From NCBI RefSeq assembly GCF_000021865.1, contig NC_014034.1:90001-122000 (forward strand): 32,000 nucleotides of DNA. The letters run 5' to 3'. Numbering within the stretch: position 1 is the first letter of the stretch; each line of letters starts with the position of its first letter. The notes under the pieces were generated by a model that was not told the DNA's origin, ran no database searches, and was given only the letters and a program-made list of their open reading frames with translations. The stretch is from Rhodobacter capsulatus SB 1003. GTDB lineage: Bacteria; Pseudomonadota; Alphaproteobacteria; Rhodobacterales; Rhodobacteraceae. Position numbers and translations under genes: made by a program. Of the stretch, positions 25,779-32,000 are shown in pieces.

Positions 25779-26087
25779 ATGTTCGTCACCACTGCCCGTT
25801 TTGCCACCCCGCATGCCGCGAAATACATCGCGCAGTTGTGCAAGCATTTCGCCCACAAGGTTCCCGCCGACTGGGACGAGGGGCAGGGACAGGCGGCGCT
25901 GCCCTCGGGCCCGGTCAGCCTGCGCGCCGAGGCCGATGCGCTGCTGGTGCGGATCACCGCCGAGGATGCCAAGGCGATGATCCAGTCGCGCTTCGTGGTC
26001 GACAGCCATCTGGTGACCTTTGCCCATCGCGAGGGGTTCACCGGGTTGCAGTGGCAGATCGAGGCCGCTCCGGCCGAGGTCGGCTGA
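25779..26087 (+). CDS. DUF2218 domain protein
   Basis: 102 aa (TARFATPHAAKYIAQLCKHFAHKVP...), which is how DUF2218 proteins typically begin. AAGGA RBS present. Track ORF trimmed from 25653. Confidence 0.7.
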   Translation: MFVTTARFATPHAAKYIAQLCKHFAHKVPADWDEGQGQAALPSGPVSLRAEADALLVRITAEDAKAMIQSRFVVDSHLVTFAHREGFTGLQWQIEAAPAEVG

Positions 26088-26089
26088 GA

Positions 26090-26911
26090 TCAGCGCCACA
26101 GGAAACTGACCGCGGCAGCCAGAAACCCCGGGACAGAGCCGCCATGGCCCTGACCGGGGATGTCCTGAAGTTCGGTGCCCAGATCCTGCGCCAGCCGTCC
26201 GGCCCGGCCCGCCATGTCGCGCTCGGCCAGCCGCTCTACCCGGTCGGGGGCGATCCCGGCCGCCTTGGCCGCAGCGGGCCGTTCCAGCGCCCCGATCGTC
26301 AAGAGCACCGCCGGGCGCGGCCCGGGCGGCGGCGCATAGGCCCCCGGATCGGTCCAGAGCGAGGGGCTGCCCGCCGCGACATGGCTGAACAGATCCGGCC
26401 GCGCAAAGCCCGCCCGCAGCGCAAAGGCGCCGCCATAGGAATGGCCCAGCACCATCCGGTGCCGCGGATCGACGGGCAGCACCGCCTCGACCCGCGGCAG
26501 GATCGTCTCGGTCAGCAGCGCAAGCGTCGCCGCCGCCCCCGGGGCCTCGATCAGATCGGGGCCGCGCCGCGCCAGATCGATCAGCCCCGGCCCGGGCCAG
26601 CCGATCCCCACCACCACCGTCGGCCGCACCGGCCCCGCCGCCTGCGCCGAGCCCTGCAGCACCAGCGCCTCGCGCAGCGTCGCGAAACTCCAGCCCGCGT
26701 CCAGCGCATAGATGATGCCGTAGCCCTCGGGCGGGGGCGGCGCGTCGGGCCAGCCCACCACCACGGCCAAGGGCCCCTGCGGCGCGGCGATCTCGAACCG
26801 GGCGGTGCGGTCAAGCACCAGCGCCGGTCCCAGATCCTGCACCGTCCCGACAGTCTGGGCGGCCGCCCCCGTGCCGCCCAGAACCAGCGCCAAGGCCAGC
26901 AGCCGTCGCAT
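26090..26911 (-). CDS. Exported alpha/beta-hydrolase, siderophore esterase-like (IroE/Cee/Fes-type)
   Basis: 273 aa with signal peptide MRRLLALALVLGGTGAAAQ and nucleophile elbow GHSYGG. ATG 26911 shares 1 nt with the receptor stop (TGATG). Confidence 0.65.
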   Translation of the reverse strand: MRRLLALALVLGGTGAAAQTVGTVQDLGPALVLDRTARFEIAAPQGPLAVVVGWPDAPPPPEGYGIIYALDAGWSFATLREALVLQGSAQAAGPVRPTVVVGIGWPGPGLIDLARRGPDLIEAPGAAATLALLTETILPRVEAVLPVDPRHRMVLGHSYGGAFALRAGFARPDLFSHVAAGSPSLWTDPGAYAPPPGPRPAVLLTIGALERPAAAKAAGIAPDRVERLAERDMAGRAGRLAQDLGTELQDIPGQGHGGSVPGFLAAAVSFLWR

Positions 26912-29019
26912 CAGAACCGCCGCGTCAGCGCCAGCGAGACGCTGCGGGGCTCGCCGCGGAAGTTGAAGACGGTCGGGCCGCCGACGCGGGAATAGTAATC
27001 CTTGTCGAGCACGTTCGAGACCGTCAGCCGCAGATCGGTCATCTCGTTCAGCTGCCGTTTCGCGGTCAGGTCGAGCACGCCATAGCCCGGGGCGCGGATC
27101 GTGGTCGTGCCCGAAACCGAGGAAAAGCCCGAGACCGCCCGCCATTGCCCGCCAAAGGACCAGTCGGCCAGTGCCCCCTCGGTCACGTCATATTCGGCCG
27201 AAAGCTTCAGCATGTGCCGCGGCGTGTAGGTCGAGAATTGCTCGCCCGCGGTGGGGCCGTTGCGATATTCCGAGGTCGACCAGGTGTAGCCGCCCGCCAG
27301 ATGCAGCGAAGGGCCGATCTCGCCCGCCGCTTCGATCTCGAAGCCGCGCATCCGCACTTCGCCCTCGGCCACGGCATAGGTGGTGCCCGGCACGGTCTGC
27401 GCCCGGTTCACCTGATCGAGCTGGAACAGCGCGGCAGAGACATCGAGCCCCGCGCCCAGCGTCGCCTTGGCGCCGATCTCGATCTGCTGGCCTTCGAGCG
27501 GATCGAGCACCCGGCCCGCCGCATCCAGCGCGGTCTGGGTCTGGAAGATCTCGGTGTAGCTGGCGTAAAGCGTCGTTTCCGGGGTCAGATCGAAGGTCAC
27601 CCCGGCAAAGGGCGTCGGATGGGCATCCACGCCCACCTGCGTCCGCAAGCCACTGGCCGAGACCGAATCGACATCATGCCAGCTCAGCCGGGCCCCGCCG
27701 AGCAGCGTCAGCCGGTCGGTCGGTTTCAGCCGCCCCTGCGCATAGACCCCGCGCGAGGTGGTGTCGGTCGTCGCCACCGGCCCATAGGTCACGTTCGGCG
27801 CCGCCAGCCCGGAGGTGTTCCAGTTGTCCAGATCCCAGCTGCCGGAAAAGCTGCCCGAGGCGACGCGCAGATTGGTGTCGCTGTTTTGCGCATCGACGCC
27901 CAGGATCGCCAGACCCTCCCAGCCGCCCAGCGCAAAGGGCAGTTCGGCATGGGCGTCGAAGGCGGTGGTGTCATGGGTGAAATCGCGGGCGATCCAGGAC
28001 AGCCGCGACACGGTATTGTCGGCCGCCGCCGCCGTGCCGGTATAGGCGTAAAGGAAATCGCCCGACTGATGCGAGCGGCGCAGGCTGGTCTTGACCCGGA
28101 CGCCATTGTCGAAGCGGTGCTCGATCGCGGCGACGCCATCGGTCACGTCATTGTCGAAGCGGTTCCAGTCGGCGGCGGTGGTGACCGCCGGATCAAGCCA
28201 CAGCAGCGTGCCGTCGGCCCGGGTCGGCAGGCCGTTGTAGGGCGCGATGTCGCGGCGCATGTTCGAGATCGAGAAGGTCGCGGTGGTGTTCGGGCCGATG
28301 TCCCAGGCCAGCGCGCCATAAAGCTGATCGACGCCGTTTTCCTGCTTGTCGACAAAGCCGTCGCCCGCCGCATGGGCCGCCACCACCCGGCCGCGCAGAG
28401 TTCCCGCGGCGTTCAATGCGCCGCCGTAATCCAGCTCCAGCCGCTTTTGCCCGACCGAGGTGACGGTGGCGGTGACCGACCCGCCCGGCTCGGTCCGGTT
28501 CGCCTGTTTCAGCCGCATGTTCACCGCCCCCGCAGGCGAGCCCGCGCCGATGAACAGCCCCGAGGGCCCCTTGAGAACCTCCACATGGTCGATGATCGAC
28601 AGATCCGGCTGCGTGCCATAGATCGAGCTGACCGGCGCGGGCAGCCCGTCGTAATAAAGATAATCCAGCTCGAACCCGCGCGAGAACAGCGAGGACCGGC
28701 CGATGTCATTCGACAGCACCAAAAGGCCCGGGGTGTTCTCGATCGCGGTTTCCAGCGCGGTATAGCCGCCGTCCTCGATCTGCTTGCGGGTCACGACCGA
28801 GGTCGATTGCGGCACTTCGCGCGGGGTCATCGCCGCCTTTTCCCCGACCGAGATCAGCCCGCTTTTGTAGCTGTCCGAACCCTCGGTCTCGTAGCTGGCG
28901 CCCTTGACCGTGATGGCGCCCAGATCGGTGCTGTCCTCGGCCCAGGCCCCGCCCGCAAGCAGCGGCGCGACAAGCGCGGTGCCAAGGAAAAGCGCGCTGC
29001 GGATTGTCAGTCTCTGCAT
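26911..29019 (-). CDS. TonB-dependent siderophore receptor
   Basis: 702 aa with a signal peptide, TonB-box-like LGAITVKG, plug motifs (TPREVPQSTSVVT, PGLLVL) and a C-terminal ...SLALTRRF. Confidence 0.85.
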   Translation of the reverse strand: MQRLTIRSALFLGTALVAPLLAGGAWAEDSTDLGAITVKGASYETEGSDSYKSGLISVGEKAAMTPREVPQSTSVVTRKQIEDGGYTALETAIENTPGLLVLSNDIGRSSLFSRGFELDYLYYDGLPAPVSSIYGTQPDLSIIDHVEVLKGPSGLFIGAGSPAGAVNMRLKQANRTEPGGSVTATVTSVGQKRLELDYGGALNAAGTLRGRVVAAHAAGDGFVDKQENGVDQLYGALAWDIGPNTTATFSISNMRRDIAPYNGLPTRADGTLLWLDPAVTTAADWNRFDNDVTDGVAAIEHRFDNGVRVKTSLRRSHQSGDFLYAYTGTAAAADNTVSRLSWIARDFTHDTTAFDAHAELPFALGGWEGLAILGVDAQNSDTNLRVASGSFSGSWDLDNWNTSGLAAPNVTYGPVATTDTTSRGVYAQGRLKPTDRLTLLGGARLSWHDVDSVSASGLRTQVGVDAHPTPFAGVTFDLTPETTLYASYTEIFQTQTALDAAGRVLDPLEGQQIEIGAKATLGAGLDVSAALFQLDQVNRAQTVPGTTYAVAEGEVRMRGFEIEAAGEIGPSLHLAGGYTWSTSEYRNGPTAGEQFSTYTPRHMLKLSAEYDVTEGALADWSFGGQWRAVSGFSSVSGTTTIRAPGYGVLDLTAKRQLNEMTDLRLTVSNVLDKDYYSRVGGPTVFNFRGEPRSVSLALTRRF

Positions 29020-29033
29020 TCCGGTTCCTCGTC

Positions 29034-29064
29034 TTTATATCCGATAATTTTTGTAATATATAAA
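29034..29064. promoter_or_regulatory. AT-rich inverted repeat in the receptor promoter/leader
   Basis: TTTATAT-N17-ATATAAA. This is the most AT-rich stretch of the window, 15-45 nt upstream of the receptor ATG. It contains GATAAT. Confidence 0.3.
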
Positions 29065-29099
29065 CGCGGCAAGCTTGGCGCCGCCACGGCCCGGGCTTG

Positions 29100-29137
29100 C
29101 GAAAACCGTCAAACTGCTTGTCGAAACCGTCAGACTG
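29100..29137. promoter_or_regulatory. Phased direct repeats, candidate AraC-regulator boxes
   Basis: AAACCGTCAAACTG (29103-29116) and AAACCGTCAGACTG (29124-29137) match at 13/14 positions, with starts 21 bp apart. They lie between the divergent receptor and AraC genes. Confidence 0.45.
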
Positions 29138-29145
29138 GGGCTGCG

Positions 29146-30072
29146 ATGACCCGTTCGATCCTGCTGCAGGACATTGCCGCCAGCGCGCATCTGTCGGGGG
29201 TGGACTTTGGCGCCACGATTCGTCCCGAGCGGGTGGCGCTTGAAGGGCGGCGGGCGGCGGGGGCTCTGCCCTCGGGGCTGCGGCTGCACACGCTGGACGC
29301 GCAGGCCGCGACCGATTTCGAGACCCGGATCCTGCGCGCGCCGGGGGTGGTGCTGCATCTGATCCTTGCGGGCAGCGCCGAGGCCTTCATCGGGCCGCAT
29401 CGGTTGCGGCTGGAACGGCGGGCCGAAGAGCCGGTGCGGATGGCCTTTTACGCGCTGGGCGCGGCGGCGCCGTTCCTGCGCCGGGCGCGGGCGGGGGATC
29501 ACCTGCGCAAGGTCAGCATCGACATCGGCTGGGACTGGCTGGCGGCGCGCGGCATCCCGCCCGAACGGGTTCTGGACGGCGCCGCCTTTCGGCACGAGAC
29601 CTGGCCCGCGACGGCGGCCGAAAGCGTGCTGGCCGAAGAGCTGGTGGCGCTGGACCGGGCGGGGGCCGATCCCTGCACCCTGTTGCTGCGCGAGGCGCGG
29701 GCCTTCGGCCTTGTCGCGGGGTTGATGACGCGGCTGACCGCCGCCCCCGGGGCGCTGCGCCCGGCCGAGACCGAGCGGCTGCGGCGGCTGGAGGAGCGGG
29801 CGCTGCAGCCCGGTCCGATGCCCGATCTGGCGCAGATCGCCGAGGAGGCAGGGATGAGCCTGTCGTCGCTGCAACGGCTGTTCCGGCGTGCCTATGGTCT
29901 TTCGGCCAAGGCGCGGATCCGCGACTTGCGGCTGCGCCGGGCCGAGGCGGCGCTGCGCGGCGGCGCGAGCGTGCGCGCGGCGGCGCATCTGGCGGGCTTC
30001 GTTTCGGTCGAGAGCTTCGCCACGGCCTTTCGGCGCCAGTTCGGCCTGCCGCCCTCGGCGCTGGGGCGCTGA
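29146..30072 (+). CDS. AraC-family transcriptional regulator (PchR/YbtA/AlcR-type context)
   Basis: 308 aa with a C-terminal double HTH (LAQIAEEAGMSLSSLQRLFRR..., AAHLAGFVSVESFATAFRRQFG). Only the last third of the 975-aa track ORF is genuine. Confidence 0.8.
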   Translation: MTRSILLQDIAASAHLSGVDFGATIRPERVALEGRRAAGALPSGLRLHTLDAQAATDFETRILRAPGVVLHLILAGSAEAFIGPHRLRLERRAEEPVRMAFYALGAAAPFLRRARAGDHLRKVSIDIGWDWLAARGIPPERVLDGAAFRHETWPATAAESVLAEELVALDRAGADPCTLLLREARAFGLVAGLMTRLTAAPGALRPAETERLRRLEERALQPGPMPDLAQIAEEAGMSLSSLQRLFRRAYGLSAKARIRDLRLRRAEAALRGGASVRAAAHLAGFVSVESFATAFRRQFGLPPSALGR

Positions 30073-30177
30073 GCCGGGCGCGGTTTTCGGCCGCGTCACC
30101 GCGCCGTGACCCGTCGGGCGTGGCAAAGCCCGGGCAAACTCTGTATATCTGCGCGAAACGTCGCGAAAGGATTGCCC

Positions 30178-30792
30178 GTGACCATTCATCTGCATCAGAA
30201 CGACCTGCCCGAGGGGCTTGATCTTGGCCCTGTCGTCGCCATCGATACCGAAACCATGGGGCTTGATCCGCGCCGCGACCGGCTGTGCCTCGTGCAGATG
30301 TCCTCGGGCGATGGCCATGCGCATCTGGTGCAGATCGCGAAGGGTCAGACCGAGGCGCCGCGGCTGTGCGCCATGCTGGCCGATCCGAAGGTGGAAAAGC
30401 TTTTCCACTTCGCCCGGTTCGACATTGCCGCGCTCTACAATGCCTTCGGCGTGGTGACCGCGCCGGTCTTCTGCACCAAGATCGCTTCGAAGATGGTGCG
30501 CACCTTCACCGACCGGCACGGGCTGAAATATCTGCTGCAGGATCTGGTGGGCGTCGATGTGTCGAAACAGCAGCAGACCTCGGATTGGGGCGCGGCGGAA
30601 CTGACCGCGGCGCAGCTCGATTATGCCGCCTCGGACGTGCTTTACCTGCATCAGCTGAAAGCGGCGCTGGTGACCCGGCTTGCCCGCGAGGGCCGGACCG
30701 AGCTGGCGCAGGCCTGTTTCGACTTCCTGCCCGCCCGGGCCCGGCTGGACCTGATGGGCTGGGAGGAACCGAATGACATCTTCCACCACTGA
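30178..30792 (+). CDS. rnd: Short-form ribonuclease D / DEDDy 3'-5' exonuclease
   Basis: 204 aa with exonuclease motifs (AIDTETMGL, LFHFARFDIAAL, YAASDVLYL). GTG 30178 is preceded by GAAAGGA. Confidence 0.75.
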   Translation: MTIHLHQNDLPEGLDLGPVVAIDTETMGLDPRRDRLCLVQMSSGDGHAHLVQIAKGQTEAPRLCAMLADPKVEKLFHFARFDIAALYNAFGVVTAPVFCTKIASKMVRTFTDRHGLKYLLQDLVGVDVSKQQQTSDWGAAELTAAQLDYAASDVLYLHQLKAALVTRLAREGRTELAQACFDFLPARARLDLMGWEEPNDIFHH

Positions 30793-31729
30793 TTTCGCCA
30801 AGACCGCGCGGCGGGTGATCGAAATCGAGATCGCCGGGCTGACGGCGCTGGCCGAAAGTCTGGACGGCGCCTTTGGCGCGGCGGTGCAGATGATCCTTTC
30901 TGCGCGCGGGCGGGTGATCGTTTCGGGCATGGGCAAGTCGGGCCATATCGCGCGCAAGATCGCGGCGACCTTGGCCAGCACCGGCACGCCCGCGCAATTC
31001 GTGCATCCGGCCGAGGCGAGCCATGGCGATCTGGGCATGGTCACGCGCGAGGATGTGGCGCTGGTGCTGTCGAATTCGGGCGAGACGCCGGAGCTGGCCG
31101 ATCTGATCGCCCATACGCGGCGGTTTTCCATTCCGCTGATCGGCGTCGCCGCGCGGCCCGATTCGACGCTGTTGCGGCAGGCCGATGTGGCGCTGGTGCT
31201 GCCGCAGGCGGTCGAGGCTTGCGGCACCGGCGTCGTGCCCACCACCTCGACAACGATGACGCTGGCCTTGGGCGATGCGCTGGCGGTCGCGCTGATGGAG
31301 CATCGCCAGTTCACCCCCGAACATTTCCGCACTTTCCACCCCGGCGGCAAGCTGGGGGCGAAGCTGTCGAAAGTCGCGGATCTGATGCACCGGGACATGC
31401 CGCTGGTCACCGGCACGACGCCGATGCCCGAGGCGCTTCTGATCATCAGTCAAAAGGGCTTCGGCGTCGTCGGCGTCACCGATGCCGGGGGGCGGCTGAT
31501 CGGCATCGTCACCGATGGCGATTTGCGCCGCCACATGGACGGGCTCTTGTCGCGCAGCGTGGCCGAGGTGATGACCCGCACGCCGCGCACCATCGCCCCC
31601 ACCGCGCTGGCCGAGGCCGCCGTGGCGGTGATGAACGACTGCAAGATCACCTGCCTCTTCGCGGTCGAGGACGGCAAGCCGGTCGGCATCCTGCATATCC
31701 ACGACTGCCTGCGCGCCGGGGTGGTGTGA
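30773..31729 (+). CDS. kdsD: Arabinose-5-phosphate isomerase (SIS + tandem CBS domains)
   Basis: VIVSGMGKSGHIARKIAATLASTGTPA, HGDLGM and C-terminal CBS pairs. GGGAGGAA RBS present. Overlaps the rnd 3' end by 20 nt. Confidence 0.9.
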   Translation: MTSSTTDFAKTARRVIEIEIAGLTALAESLDGAFGAAVQMILSARGRVIVSGMGKSGHIARKIAATLASTGTPAQFVHPAEASHGDLGMVTREDVALVLSNSGETPELADLIAHTRRFSIPLIGVAARPDSTLLRQADVALVLPQAVEACGTGVVPTTSTTMTLALGDALAVALMEHRQFTPEHFRTFHPGGKLGAKLSKVADLMHRDMPLVTGTTPMPEALLIISQKGFGVVGVTDAGGRLIGIVTDGDLRRHMDGLLSRSVAEVMTRTPRTIAPTALAEAAVAVMNDCKITCLFAVEDGKPVGILHIHDCLRAGVV

Positions 31730-32000
31730 TGACCGCCGAGAGCCGTCATACCGCGCTGGTGCATTGGGCGAAGATCGCCCTGCCGCTCAGCGCGCTGATG
31801 CTGCTTTCGACGCTGTTCCTGTTTTCCGGCAAGGTCGATCCGACGACGGCGGCGATCTATTCCAAGGTCGATGTCACCACGCTTGCCCGCGAGCAGCGCC
31901 TGACCGCGCCCGAGTTTTCCGGCCTGACCGAGGACGGCGCGGCGCTGACCGTGCGGGCCGCCACCGCCGCGCCGGACCCGGCGGGCAAGGGCGCCTCTGC
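31729..32000 (+). CDS. lptC: LptC-like LPS export protein, N-terminal part (3' end outside window)
   Basis: ATG 31729 overlaps the kdsD stop (TGATG). My own translation gives MTAESRHTALVHWAKIALPLSALMLLSTLFLFSGK..., a single N-terminal TM anchor. The position after kdsD fits the usual kdsD-lptC order. Confidence 0.55.
   Translation, partial: MTAESRHTALVHWAKIALPLSALMLLSTLFLFSGKVDPTTAAIYSKVDVTTLAREQRLTAPEFSGLTEDGAALTVRAATAAPDPAGKGAS

Noticed and set aside
29044-29062. Canonical Fur box in the receptor promoter
   Set aside because: Only about 10/19 matches to GATAATGATAATCATTATC, so it is reported merely as an AT-rich inverted repeat.
27145-29145. N-terminal two-thirds of the 975-aa plus-strand ORF
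   Set aside because: It is antisense to the TonB-dependent receptor and crosses the AT-rich promoter region. Only the C-terminal 308 aa (from ATG 29146) has AraC-family features.
5549-30177. Genomic island integrated at tRNA-Pro
   Set aside because: There is no integrase or recombinase. No direct repeat of the tRNA 3' end occurs at the right boundary (30073-30177). No visible compositional shift occurs across either boundary.
29035-31446. 803-aa ORF antisense to the AraC, rnd and kdsD genes
   Set aside because: Low-complexity Arg/Pro/Gly-rich product opposite three genes with clear family motifs.
1-32000. CRISPR arrays, IS elements/transposases, prophage or toxin-antitoxin modules
   Set aside because: No spaced direct-repeat arrays, no terminal inverted repeats flanking a transposase-like ORF, and no small paired ORFs of TA type were seen on either strand.

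Overview
High-GC (roughly two-thirds G+C), gene-dense chromosomal segment. Protein content looks alphaproteobacterial, Rhodobacteraceae-like (possibly Rhodobacter capsulatus-like; this is inference, no search was possible). The flanks are housekeeping genes: leuC'-leuD, two non-leu genes, leuB, a DMT transporter and tRNA-Pro(CGG) on the left; rnd-kdsD-lptC' on the right. Between them (about 5.6-30.1 kb) is a continuous block of metal-homeostasis genes. It holds an RcnR/CsoR-family repressor plus CDF exporter (dmeRF-like), feoA1-feoA2-feoB-feoC, and a co-directional heme uptake unit hmuRSTUV. It also holds a five-gene Nik-type ABC importer preceded by an exact NikR-type operator, a DUF454/YbaN gene behind a 248-nt non-coding leader, and a CeuE/YclQ/VctP-type siderophore ABC importer. 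The block ends with a divergent DUF2218 gene, a TonB-dependent receptor coupled to a signal-peptide-bearing esterase, and a divergent AraC regulator with phased direct repeats. I found no CRISPR array, IS element, integrase or phage genes, and no convincing novel multi-gene system. The most interesting items are regulatory sites (NikR box, IscR/Iron-Rhodo-like boxes, RcnR-type C-tract operator, AraC repeats), the long ybaN leader, a stop-codon-containing convergent hairpin, and three uncharacterised proteins. All family calls come from reading motifs in the supplied translations. Many long ORFs in the track are antisense or out-of-frame artefacts typical of high-GC DNA. Several track ORFs were trimmed to internal starts supported by RBS, ATGA/TGATG coupling and N-terminal signal peptides.
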